Assembly: GCA_963716175.1 (NCBI GenBank)
Contig: OY970296.1
Coordinates: forward strand, 2,816,001 to 2,880,000
Direction of reading: 5' to 3'
DNA length: 64,000 bases
DNA from: an uncultured Armatimonadetes bacterium
GTDB lineage: Bacteria; Armatimonadota; Hebobacteria; Hebobacterales; Hebobacteraceae
The notes below the pieces were generated by a model that saw only the letters and a program-made list of their open reading frames with translations, was not told the DNA's origin and made no database searches. Within the stretch, counting starts at the first letter, position 1, and every line of letters begins with the position of its first letter. Shown here piece by piece: positions 20,810 through 29,884 of the stretch. Both the position numbers and the translations under genes were made by a program.

Positions 20810-22225
20810 GTGGCACCAATTTTCTACAGCCCGCTGGATCCCCCCGGCGTGAAGGAGATCCACCATTCCGCGTTGCGAGTGCTGCACGAGGTCGGGGTGC
20901 AGGTTGAATCCCGCGACCTGCTGTCGCTGTTGGCCGACCATGGGGCGGACGTGGACATGGCAGAGCAGCGGGCGCGCTTCGCACCGGCACGCGTGCAACA
21001 GTTCGTTTCTGACTCGGAGAAGTATGACTGGGATGGTCACCAGCCCAGCTTCGGCTGTTACGCTGGGATCTACGCCTGCCTCTACCTGAACCCCTGGACA
21101 GATCAACTCGAGCCCTTCACAGAAGACGCTCTGCGTGACTACATCCGGCTGGCGAACGCGCTGCCCGAGATCAGCGGGGTCAGCCTGCTGGGCCTGCCGT
21201 TCACGCCGGTTGGCATTCCTGCCGCCTACGCTCCGCTCGCGGAGAAGCTCTACGCCTGGAAGTACGGCGCCGGGCCCTCGGGAACGGTTCAGTTCACCGG
21301 GCTCTGCCCGTATCTCGAGGAGATGTACGCACGTCGGGCACAGGAGATCGGGCAAAGCCTGAAGGACTGCTTCGGCGCGGTGGGTTATCTGGTCAGTCCG
21401 CTACGGCTGGCGCGGTCGGAATGCGAGCAACTGCTGTACTTCAGGTCCCGCGGCCTACGGATGCACATCGGTCATATGCTGTCTATGGGAGCGTCGGCGC
21501 CAGTCACCACCGCGGGCGCTGCGGTTCTGAAGCTCGCGGAGTCCCTGTTCCTGGGCATTCTCCACAGGGCGCTGTGGGGCGGCCGGTCCTTCCACGTCGG
21601 AGGGTTCGGTGTAGTGATGGATATGCGGAGCGCCCACAGCATGGGCGGGCGACCTGAACGCGCCGTCGTCAAGGCGATACTCGCGCAGGTGGCGCGCTTC
21701 TACGGAGTGCCATCCGGCGCAGGCGGAGGCCTCACTGACGCGAAGGAACCCTCGGCGCAGGCAGGGATGCAGAAGGCCATGATCTCGGTGGCAGCTCTTC
21801 TGTCCTCCGGAAGCGCAGTCCTGGACGTGGGTCTGCTCTCGCTCGACGAAGTATGCTCTCCTGAACAGATGATCTACGACGTCGAGCTGGCAAGCGCGAT
21901 TCGCCGCATTGTACGGCCGGTCGAGATCAGTCCGGAGACATGTGCCGTCCAGGACATCAAGGAGGTCGGCCCGGGAGGGAACTTCCTCGGATCCGACTTG
22001 ACCGCAGAGCGCTTCCGCCAGGAACTCTGGGAACCGCAGGTCTGGGACCGGCAATCGCTCCAGGACTGGAGAGCATCGGGGGCGTACCCCGAGCGAGAAC
22101 GAGTCAAGGAACGCATTCGCGCTCTGCTGTCTGCTCCGTTCGAGGACCCGCGCATGACGCCGGAGTGCGAACAGGACCTGAGGGCTATAATAGGTCGCGC
22201 AGTCGGGGCAGTAGCTGCGGTGTGA
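20810..22225 (+). CDS. MttB-superfamily corrinoid methyltransferase (non-pyrrolysine)
   Basis: IH..ALRVL.EVGV, SPL, GASAPVT.AG, MDMRS, DAK.P.AQAG.QK, I.EVGPGGNFL; no in-frame amber codon. Confidence 0.85.
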   Translation: MAPIFYSPLDPPGVKEIHHSALRVLHEVGVQVESRDLLSLLADHGADVDMAEQRARFAPARVQQFVSDSEKYDWDGHQPSFGCYAGIYACLYLNPWTDQLEPFTEDALRDYIRLANALPEISGVSLLGLPFTPVGIPAAYAPLAEKLYAWKYGAGPSGTVQFTGLCPYLEEMYARRAQEIGQSLKDCFGAVGYLVSPLRLARSECEQLLYFRSRGLRMHIGHMLSMGASAPVTTAGAAVLKLAESLFLGILHRALWGGRSFHVGGFGVVMDMRSAHSMGGRPERAVVKAILAQVARFYGVPSGAGGGLTDAKEPSAQAGMQKAMISVAALLSSGSAVLDVGLLSLDEVCSPEQMIYDVELASAIRRIVRPVEISPETCAVQDIKEVGPGGNFLGSDLTAERFRQELWEPQVWDRQSLQDWRASGAYPERERVKERIRALLSAPFEDPRMTPECEQDLRAIIGRAVGAVAAV

Positions 22226-22500
22226 AGCTGATCTGCTGTCGCCGGGATTCGACGGCACAGACAGTCTCCCCGTGCAATGCCGAGAGAAGGGGTCTCACTT
22301 GAGTACCCGGATCGTCCTGAACCCAGTGCCGGTGACGCCAGAGACAATGAGGCAACTGGAGCGGATGGGGGTGGTGATTCGGGAGTCGACTCCGCACAGA
22401 AGTGCCAATCTGGGTCCACTGGCTGTGGTCTCATCCACGGTTGACATCCGCACTAGGCCGCTCTCTGGGGCTCGCATGCAGCTTCATCATGGGAGCCTCA

Positions 22501-24366
22501 TCAATTGGGGAGTTGGAAGGCACGGCTGGCGTAGACGGCCGTCTGGTCGCGGGTGACGAGGGCGGAGGGGCGGTAGCCGTCCCAGTAGCCCTGGACGATG
22601 TTCTCGCCTTTGAGGTACTCGATGTACTTGTAGGCCCAGAAGCCGATGGGGACATCCGGGAAGCTGGGGGTCTCGGGAGGGAAGTAGTTGGCGAGGCCGG
22701 CGTCGCCGGTGGGGTCAACGGAGGCGCGGGCCACGAACACGGACATCTGGGCGCGGTCAACGGGGGCGGAGGGGCGGTAGCCGTCCCAGTAGCCCTCGAC
22801 GATGTTGTTGGCCTTCGCATACTCGATGTATTTGTAGGCCCAGTGATCGATTGGCACATCCGCGAAGGAGGGCTGGGCGGGGCCGGAGGGGACGTTGGCA
22901 TCATCGCCGGCGAGGGCGCGAGAGATATACACGGCCATCTGGTCACGGGTGACGGTTTCAGCGGGACGGTAGTTGCCGTCGGGATCGCCGAAGACCACGC
23001 CGCCGTTGAGGCAGGCGTCAACGTCGTAGTAGGCCCAGTGGGTGAGGGGAACATCGGGGAAAGAGAGGCGGTCGCGGAGGAAGATGTCGCCGAAGTTGTT
23101 GGTGTCGCCGGCGATGAGATCATCGCCGAAGGAAGTGAAGACGACGTAGCGGCCGTCGGAGGAGAGGCGAGCATAGTTGGAGTCCATATCGGGGAGGTAG
23201 CAGTCGAAGGTGCGGGTGACGGTCTGGGTGCGGGCGGCGACGCGATCGCGAAGGAAGCAGTTGCTATAGTAGGTGCTCTCGCCGGTGTAGAGGTCCGGGG
23301 AATGGGAGGAGAAGGTGACGAAACGACCGTCGGCACTGATGCTGGGATAATCGGGGTCGGCCCCCTCGGCGAGCTGTTGGCCGGAGTCGGTGAGGCTGAC
23401 GCGCTCGGTGGTTCCGGCAACGCGGTCGCGGAGGAACACGTCGTCCACGTTGTTAGTATCCCCCGGGACGAGGTTGTCAGCCCTGGAGATGAAGGCGACG
23501 TAGCGGCCGTCGGCGCTGATGGCGCCCTGATAGCACACGTTGTTGGCGGGAGCGCCTTGCGGGTCGAGGGTGATGCACTCGGTGATGCCGAGGACTAGGT
23601 CGCGGACGTAGATCTGGCGGTCGGGGACGGCGACCCCGGGGACTAGGTTCTGTGCCCAGGAGCCGAAGACGACGAAGCGGCCTTCCGCGCTGACGGCGGG
23701 GAAGTCCCAAGCATCGCAAGCGTCGTCGGCCTGATCACCGGAGGTGGAGACGCTGACGCGCTCGGTGGCCCCACCGACGCGGTCGCGAAGGAAGACGTCG
23801 GTGACGTTGTTGGTGTCTCCGGCGACGAAGTTGTTGGCACCGGAGATGAAGGCGACGTAGCGGCCGTCGGCGCTGATAGCGGCAGAATGGGAAGCGCCAT
23901 CGGCCTGCTGGCCGCCCGAGGTGACGCTGATGAGTTCGAGGGTGCCGGCCTCGCGGTCGAGGAGAAAGACGTCCCCGATGTCGTTGACGTCATTGGCGAT
24001 GAGGTTGGTGGAGTCGGAGTCGAAGACGATGAAGCGGGCGTCGGGGGTGATGGAGGCGGCCCAGGCGCCGGCGTTGCCCAGCTCGCCGTCGAGGCCGACG
24101 TCGACACCGATGGTGGTGCCAGCGACGCGATCGCGGAGAAAGACGTCCCAGGAGCCGTTGGTGTCATTGGGGACGAGGTCGGTGGCGGCGGAGGCGAAGA
24201 CGATGTAGCGGCCCTCCGCGCTGACGTCGGGGAAGAGGGATTCGCCGTTGGCCTCGGCGCCGGTGCTGGTGAGGCTGACGCGCTCGATGTGGCCGGCGAG
24301 GGCGGGGAAAGGCGGGGCGAGGCAGAGGAAGATAAGGAGTGCTTGCACCCAAGGCCGAGGGTTCAC
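22501..24366 (-). CDS. Surface protein: TolB/PD40-like beta-propeller with C-terminal SLH domains
   Basis: GTG 24366 with RBS and signal peptide; repeats 'ISADGRYVAF.S..NLV.GDTN...DVFLRDR'; three 'F.DVP..HWA' / 'VTRDQ' SLH motifs. Confidence 0.85.
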   Translation of the reverse strand: MNPRPWVQALLIFLCLAPPFPALAGHIERVSLTSTGAEANGESLFPDVSAEGRYIVFASAATDLVPNDTNGSWDVFLRDRVAGTTIGVDVGLDGELGNAGAWAASITPDARFIVFDSDSTNLIANDVNDIGDVFLLDREAGTLELISVTSGGQQADGASHSAAISADGRYVAFISGANNFVAGDTNNVTDVFLRDRVGGATERVSVSTSGDQADDACDAWDFPAVSAEGRFVVFGSWAQNLVPGVAVPDRQIYVRDLVLGITECITLDPQGAPANNVCYQGAISADGRYVAFISRADNLVPGDTNNVDDVFLRDRVAGTTERVSLTDSGQQLAEGADPDYPSISADGRFVTFSSHSPDLYTGESTYYSNCFLRDRVAARTQTVTRTFDCYLPDMDSNYARLSSDGRYVVFTSFGDDLIAGDTNNFGDIFLRDRLSFPDVPLTHWAYYDVDACLNGGVVFGDPDGNYRPAETVTRDQMAVYISRALAGDDANVPSGPAQPSFADVPIDHWAYKYIEYAKANNIVEGYWDGYRPSAPVDRAQMSVFVARASVDPTGDAGLANYFPPETPSFPDVPIGFWAYKYIEYLKGENIVQGYWDGYRPSALVTRDQTAVYASRAFQLPN

Positions 24367-24730
24367 GCTCTCCCTCCTGATCTGAATCTGGCGCACGCGG
24401 CGCTCTGCCCGGCTGGGGTGATGCGCCGCACTCACGATGGGCGGTGGGCAGGAGTCTCTACTGCCAGGCTACGCCGCAGCCCGAGGTGTGTCAAGAGGAA
24501 GCTGCCGCCCGTTGCTCCTGCTAGAGACCCGCGAGAGCGGCCAGAATGGCACTGTAGGTGCCGGTATGGCGCCACTCAAAAGGAGCCTGTGGCCTCATAG
24601 CGCTTACCCCAACGTTTGCTGCCGGTGCCCGGTCGACAGGACGAAGTCACTTCTGCGGGGAATCTAACGTAGGCTCACTTCCGTCGCCCTGTGTCGTCCA
24701 GGCTGGCCGTGACAGAGAGGGATCGTTCCC

Positions 24731-25480
24731 ATGCGACACAGCCGTCCAGAGGCATCAGCGAAGGCGCGTAAGCTCCTGTTCCTGCTTGGCGGGAGCAGCG
24801 AGATCTTCGATGCCGTCGCCGAACACTTCGTGCCTGCGGCGGGTGGGGCCGACGCGACCATTGCGCTGCTGCTTAGGGCCGGACCGGGGTGGCAGGAGTA
24901 CGTGAGCCAGTACGCCCAGCCCTGGACGCGACTGGGCGTGACTCGCCACCACGTGATCGTGCCGGCCGATGATGACGCTCTAGATCAGGAGGAGGCATGT
25001 ACGAAGCTGCGGGACGCTACTGGGGTCTTCATCGGGGGCGGCGACACGGCTGTTTACCACAGTCTGTATGCCACCGAGCCAATCCGGAGCATCGTCCGTG
25101 AGTCCTATCAACGAGGCGTGCCGATCGCTGGCCTCTCTGCTGGAGCTATGCTTCTGCCGGAGATCTGCGCGATCCCTCCACGTGATTCCGGCGATTCCCC
25201 AGCCAGAATCCTCCCTGGACTCGGCTTGCTCAGCGGCCTAATCATCGGGGTCCATTTCACCGAACGCCATGCCCTGCCTCACGTTCTCGAGACAATGGCA
25301 TCGACGCGCACCTCGCGGGCCCTTGGCCTTGATGAGAAGTCCTGTGCACTACTCGTCGACGGTACCCTCGAGCGGGTCCTCTGCGGGTCCGTCTACCAGA
25401 TCGCGATGACCGACTTCGGGAGCAAGGCCCATACGTTGGAGCGGATCGCAGGGAGCAGAGAGCCAGTGGACAGCGCTTGA
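24731..25480 (+). CDS. Cyanophycinase-like / peptidase S51 family protein
   Basis: GVFIGGGD, GLSAGA nucleophile elbow, HFTER, GLDE. Confidence 0.8.
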   Translation: MRHSRPEASAKARKLLFLLGGSSEIFDAVAEHFVPAAGGADATIALLLRAGPGWQEYVSQYAQPWTRLGVTRHHVIVPADDDALDQEEACTKLRDATGVFIGGGDTAVYHSLYATEPIRSIVRESYQRGVPIAGLSAGAMLLPEICAIPPRDSGDSPARILPGLGLLSGLIIGVHFTERHALPHVLETMASTRTSRALGLDEKSCALLVDGTLERVLCGSVYQIAMTDFGSKAHTLERIAGSREPVDSA

Positions 25481-25560
25481 GGTCGCCCCCTTCCCTCTGA
25501 CATCAGATGTGCCGTTCTCGCGCCACAAACCTCGTATATTGGCTGTGGGCGGTCCCGAGG

Positions 25561-26487
25561 CTAACCTGCCTGATCGCCGGCCGGCTGGAGCATCCCCTCC
25601 AGCTTCTCAACGGCGGCCAGCTTGGTGCGCACATCCGAATGCAGGTAGCGCGCGGTGGTCCCGATGTCTGCGTGCCCCAGCAGTTCCTGCACGGTGCGGA
25701 TGTCGGCCCCGGAGCGGATGAGGTGGGTGGCAAAGGTGTGGCGGAGTTTGTGAGGGGTGATGCCTCTGCCTGAGAGGCCTGCTTTCCCCAGGGTGCGCGC
25801 CAGCATCCGGCTGATGGCCCGGCCGCAGATGGGCTCCCCGAACTGGCTCACGAAGAGCCGGTGGCTCTGGGTCTTGACCCGGTGGGGCAAGTAGTGCTCA
25901 ATGGCTGCCACGGCCTGATCGGCCAAGGGCACCACTCTCTCCTTCGCCCCTTTCCCGTGCACCAGCAACTGGCGGTTCTCCAGGTCCAGATCCTCCAGGC
26001 TGATCTGGGCGATCTCGCTGCGCCGCATGCCGGTGGAGAGCAGCAGCACCACCAGGCACTTGTGCCAGGGGCGCCCGGCGGCCTCCAGCAACCGCTGGGC
26101 ATCTGCTTCCGTGAGCGTCACGGGCACCTGCTGTTCGAGTCTGGGCAGCGGCAGCCTGCGGGCGGGATTGCCCGAGACATGGCCCATGTCCTGGAGGAAG
26201 CCGAAGAAGGAGGACAACACCCAGAGCTTCCTTCTCACCGTCAGGGGTGCTCGGTGTGACAGGCTCACCGCGAACTGCATCACCTGCTGGCGCGTGATCT
26301 GATCGGGAGGGGGCGGCTGACCCAGGCGCTGGGAGAGGCACTCCGAGAAGGCGCGCAAGTCGCGGCGGTAAGCCTTGACGGAGATAGGAGCGCAGCTGCG
26401 ATAGCCCTTGAGATACTCCAGGAACATCGCCACCGCCTCCTCAAAGGAGAGCGTACCGGCCCGGATGGCGTCGTGGGGAGCGGTCAT
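25561..26487 (-). CDS. XerC/XerD-like tyrosine recombinase (second of tandem pair)
   Basis: Start MTAPHD overlaps upstream stop (ATGA); catalytic R (GMRRSE), K (HGKG), HKLRH, LLGH, TTARY. Confidence 0.92.
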   Translation of the reverse strand: MTAPHDAIRAGTLSFEEAVAMFLEYLKGYRSCAPISVKAYRRDLRAFSECLSQRLGQPPPPDQITRQQVMQFAVSLSHRAPLTVRRKLWVLSSFFGFLQDMGHVSGNPARRLPLPRLEQQVPVTLTEADAQRLLEAAGRPWHKCLVVLLLSTGMRRSEIAQISLEDLDLENRQLLVHGKGAKERVVPLADQAVAAIEHYLPHRVKTQSHRLFVSQFGEPICGRAISRMLARTLGKAGLSGRGITPHKLRHTFATHLIRSGADIRTVQELLGHADIGTTARYLHSDVRTKLAAVEKLEGMLQPAGDQAG

Positions 26488-27449
26488 GGCTGTGCTCCCT
26501 CCTCCGTCTGCGGTATGCTCTCCCCGAGCAGACCCGTCAGCCTCCCGACGGCCGCCAGCTTCGTCCGCACATCTGAGTGCAGGTAGCGGGCCGTCGTCCC
26601 CAGGTCGGCATGGCCCAGCAGCTCCTGCACGGTGCGCACGTCCACGCCCTTGTGGATGAGCTGGGTAGCGAAGGTGTGGCGCAGCTTGTGAGGGGTAATC
26701 CCCTGGCCCGCCAGCCCCGCCTTCACCAGCACCTGGTCCAGCATGGTGTTGATCACGTGGCCCCGGATGGGTTGCCCACGGGAGTTCACAAAGAGCCGCC
26801 GGCTCTGGGTGCTGGGCCGGTGGGGCAGGTAGTGCTGGATGGCCGCCACGGCCTGACGGGTGAGGGGGACGATGCGCTGCTTGGCTCCCTTGCCGTGCAC
26901 CAGCAGCTGCCGGTTGGTCAGGTCCACCTCCTCCAGGCTGATCAGCACCGCTTCGCTTCTGCGGATGCCCGTCGCCAGCAGCAGCATGATGAGGCACCGA
27001 TGCCAGGGGAGTTGGGCCGCCGCCAGGAGCTGCTGCGCCTGCTCCTCTGAGAGCGTCACCGGGATGTGCTGCTCCAGCTTCGGCAGGGGCAGTCTCTTGG
27101 CGGGATTGCCCTGGAGATAGCCCATATCCTGGAGGAAGCCGAAGAAGGAGGAGAGACAGGCCAGCTTGCTGCGCACCGTGATCGGGGACCAGTGCGACAG
27201 GGAGATCGCGTACTGGATCACCAGCTGGCGGGTGATCGCAGCCGGAGCTGGCAGCGGCCCGGGCTGCGAGCAGAGGAACTGCTGGAAGTGACGCAGGTTC
27301 CCTGCGTAGGCTTGGACAGAGGCAGGAGCGCAGCTGCGGTAGCTCCGCAGGTACTCCAGGAACATCGGCACCGCCTGCTCCAGGGGGAGCTCGTTCCCGG
27401 TGGAGGGCGGCGCGGCACGGGCCGCTTCGGCCTGGGCACGAGTGGTCAT
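26484..27449 (-). CDS. XerC/XerD-like tyrosine recombinase (first of tandem pair)
   Basis: AAGGAGG RBS before MTTRAQ; GIRRSE, HGKG, HKLRH, LLGH, TTARY. Confidence 0.92.
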   Translation of the reverse strand: MTTRAQAEAARAAPPSTGNELPLEQAVPMFLEYLRSYRSCAPASVQAYAGNLRHFQQFLCSQPGPLPAPAAITRQLVIQYAISLSHWSPITVRSKLACLSSFFGFLQDMGYLQGNPAKRLPLPKLEQHIPVTLSEEQAQQLLAAAQLPWHRCLIMLLLATGIRRSEAVLISLEEVDLTNRQLLVHGKGAKQRIVPLTRQAVAAIQHYLPHRPSTQSRRLFVNSRGQPIRGHVINTMLDQVLVKAGLAGQGITPHKLRHTFATQLIHKGVDVRTVQELLGHADLGTTARYLHSDVRTKLAAVGRLTGLLGESIPQTEEGAQP

Positions 27450-27487
27450 GGACGCCTCCTTTAGTAGGTCGTCTGCGGCGTCCAATA

Positions 27488-27520
27488 CATCACTTGAAGA
27501 CCCGAACAAGTCCAGGCCTT
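27488..27520. promoter_or_regulatory. Conserved motif upstream of recombinase genes (ACTTG-N10/11-CAAGT inverted repeat)
   Basis: CATCACTTGAAGACCCGAACAAGTCCAGGCCTT is matched by CATCACTTGGAGGCCGCCAACAAGTCCAGGCCTT at 60828-60861. Confidence 0.55.
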
Positions 27521-27609
27521 TGTGCAAGTATTCTGTGGGGTGGGCCCTAGTGCAGGTATTTCGTATCCCCTCGATTTCGGGCCAGGATGGCTCTAGGAGC
27601 CACGAGAAG

Positions 27610-27642
27610 GGTGGAGTGGGCCGATAAGCCGAGGTCGCGATT
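27610..27642 (-). repeat. Putative att site: 33-bp direct repeat containing an RNase P RNA (rnpB) 3'-end fragment
   Basis: Identical to 61088-61120; minus strand CTCGGCTTATCGGCCCACTCCACC resembles E. coli rnpB 3' end ..CCCGGCTTATCGGTCAGTTTCACC. Confidence 0.75.
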
Positions 27643-27645
27643 CAC

Positions 27646-27915
27646 CGGTGGAGGAACGGTGGAGGTTTGGTGGAGGATTTCGGGCGTGTCTTGCGGTTTT
27701 GGCGCGATTACGCGCTGGTTTCCAGGGCAGACGATGGTGCCGTTTCGCTAGGCGATTGCTGACAAAAAAGGCTCCCGCGGCTGCGCGAACGCGTGCTCGC
27801 CCCGACCCAGCTGCGGTGGAGGATCGGTGGAGGAACGGTGGAGGGTAGGTGCCGATCGCGGTGGAGGAACGGTGGAGGGTGCGGTGGAGGGGGCAGAGCG
27901 GGCGGTGGATGGTGG
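27646..27915 (+). repeat. Clusters of ~11-bp CGGTGGAGG(A/G) tandem repeats (arm-type/iteron-like)
   Basis: About 9-10 copies, e.g. CGGTGGAGGAT-CGGTGGAGGAA-CGGTGGAGGGT. Confidence 0.75.
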
Positions 27916-28047
27916 GGGGGAAGGGACCGGCGGATCACCCTCCCTGCGTGTTGCCAAGGTGTCCGGGGATATCGGCGTGTGTCTGGTAGCTGCCGCGCGT
28001 GGAACGGTGGCGGCCGGCTCGCGGCAGTGAGTGGAACGGGTCGCGGC

Positions 28048-29085
28048 TCAGCCCGCCGGCGGCTTGCGGGTTCGGCCGGGCCGCCGGTAGTAGGTGCGCT
28101 GCCGGGTAGCATCGCCACAGGCGGTGCTGCAGTACTGCTTGTTGGCGCGTCCGGGGTAGAACAACCGGCTGCAGCCCGGGCACTGGCGCAGCAGCTCACG
28201 TCGCTGCACGAGTTCCCCCAGCTGAAGATAGATCGGAGCCATCAGGTCGTGGAAGTGCACGACCCGGACGACGTCCAGATCCTCTCCACCGGAGTCGGCC
28301 TCCGGCGATCTTGGCGGAGTGTCAATGGGCCAGTAGATCCGCCATGACCTAGCGACGCGGGCCTCCGCTTCGGTGAGCTGGCGGGCAACCAGAGCCGCAG
28401 CCCACAGGCAGCAGTCCTTTCCACTCATCGGCTCGAGTCCGGCTGGCTCCCGGCCAGGCCCGGAGTCGCCTTCCGCAGTCACCGGGACCGGGAGCTGGGG
28501 GTCGGCGACATCGCGGAACAGCCTCCCCTCAACGATGTAGATGTCGGCTATTTGCTTCCCCACCGGCACCCCGCCCAGGAGGCGCCGCAGAGAAGGCAGG
28601 TCGTTCTGCCTCAGGCCGAGGTAGAGATCGTAGGTGAGCCGGAGCTCCCGCGCCTGCTCGCGGACCCACCACAGCGGCTCGCAGGCGAATCGGAACACCT
28701 CCTTGGGCAGCAGCCGCCGGTCGGTCGGCCGCAGGCGCGCCGCCCAGCTAGGGAGGGGCCCCTCATCGGTGTCGGCAACCCCTGCCAGCGGCCCATAGCG
28801 ACGGTAGAACGCGACCACCTCATCGTCCGAGGGAGACTGCTCGCGGCCGAACAGATGCATGACAGTGGTGAGAAGATCCCGCTCCTGCAGAGGCTGGTAG
28901 AGAGAGGAGTCGATCAGGTCTATGAGCGCAGTGTCTCCCGCACCCTTGAAGTACTCGACCATGCGGTGGTCGTCGACAACCCCGGTGGCAGGTGCCTCGC
29001 CCTCCCGCAGCCGCCGTAACCGGGCCTGAACCCCGTACTGGCCCCCTCTCGTCAGTTCCCGCGGTGTCTTCCGCTTATCTGCCAT
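28048..29085 (-). CDS. Protein with C-terminal CGNR-type zinc finger, putative regulator
   Basis: CPGCSRLFY...KQYCSTAC...RQRTYY. Confidence 0.7.
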   Translation of the reverse strand: MADKRKTPRELTRGGQYGVQARLRRLREGEAPATGVVDDHRMVEYFKGAGDTALIDLIDSSLYQPLQERDLLTTVMHLFGREQSPSDDEVVAFYRRYGPLAGVADTDEGPLPSWAARLRPTDRRLLPKEVFRFACEPLWWVREQARELRLTYDLYLGLRQNDLPSLRRLLGGVPVGKQIADIYIVEGRLFRDVADPQLPVPVTAEGDSGPGREPAGLEPMSGKDCCLWAAALVARQLTEAEARVARSWRIYWPIDTPPRSPEADSGGEDLDVVRVVHFHDLMAPIYLQLGELVQRRELLRQCPGCSRLFYPGRANKQYCSTACGDATRQRTYYRRPGRTRKPPAG

Positions 29086-29092
29086 CTGTCTC

Positions 29093-29169
29093 TCGCTAGA
29101 GAATTATTGATAACACACGTCGTCAGTCGCTAGGAAGCTATTGACAACACATCATTGGAGTCGTACCAT
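29093..29169 (+). promoter_or_regulatory. Sigma70 promoter for the terminase operon overlapped by a ~25-bp direct repeat
   Basis: TTGACA(29141)-N17-TACCAT(29164); TCGCTAGAGAATTATTGATAACACA / TCGCTAGGAAGCTATTGACAACACA. Confidence 0.6.
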
Positions 29170-29236
29170 ACAGCAGTTTATACCACAGTCAGCGGCCGGA
29201 GTCAAGGGAGAGGGACCGGCCAGGGAGATCACAGTC

Positions 29237-29884
29237 ATGTCCACAACACAGCAGCAACCACAGCCATGGGCGCAACTGCCGGGCGAGAGCGGACCCGCCT
29301 ATGAGGCCTTTCGCACCTTCCTGGAGCTGGGATCCAGGCGCAAGGTCGCGGAGGTGGTGCGCCGCTTGGGCAAGAAAGAGAGCCTGATCTGGCGCTGGGT
29401 CAGCCGTCACGACTGGCGGCACCGGGCATGGCTGTGGGAGGTGCGCCAAGCAGGGGAAGACGAGGCGGCCGTGCGCCAGCATCGCGAGGGGGTGCTACAA
29501 GAGCGGCTGGAGGATCTCGATCGCATGGGGCGGGCCTGCCTGGCCTTCTTTCGCACCATGGTGCGCCGGGACCCGGAGACCGGCGAGGTCAGCTTCGACG
29601 CCCGCTTCACTCCCCAGGTCGCGCTGCGGTTTCTCGAGCTCGCACTGAGAGCGCAGGGGGCCTTCGAGCGGCCGGCCGCTGAGGACAAGTCCGATGAGCG
29701 GCCGTCGGCCGACCTGTTTGGGCTGGCCGATGCAGAGCTGATGGAACTGATCGATCTCGCCCGAGAGCGGGCCGACCAACAAGACCAGAGAAAGGACGAG
29801 AGCAATGAGTCAGACCAGGGCAGCACGCAGCAGGAACAGCACGAGGAGGAAGACCGCGAGGAAGACCGGGCCGAGCGCGACTGA
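29237..29884 (+). CDS. Phage small-terminase-like HTH protein
   Basis: W..LPGES..AYEAF..FL.LG..R...V...GK....I.RW...H.W..RA motif, seen upstream of terminases; position in operon. Confidence 0.6.
   Translation: MSTTQQQPQPWAQLPGESGPAYEAFRTFLELGSRRKVAEVVRRLGKKESLIWRWVSRHDWRHRAWLWEVRQAGEDEAAVRQHREGVLQERLEDLDRMGRACLAFFRTMVRRDPETGEVSFDARFTPQVALRFLELALRAQGAFERPAAEDKSDERPSADLFGLADAELMELIDLARERADQQDQRKDESNESDQGSTQQEQHEEEDREEDRAERD

Noticed and set aside
22402-24600. Long antisense and alternate-frame ORFs (22402-23598, 22431-23420, 23887-24600)
   Set aside because: Shadows of the strongly codon-biased SLH/propeller gene; low-complexity translations.
26488-26997. 478-aa extended recombinase or programmed frameshift fusion
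   Set aside because: The extension overlaps the upstream xerC in another frame; a good RBS and ATGA coupling exist at 26487.
27610-27642. 5' start of an intact RNase P RNA on the plus strand
   Set aside because: GGAGTGGGCC resembles P1 only because P1 is self-complementary; the GAGGAAAGTCC motif does not follow.
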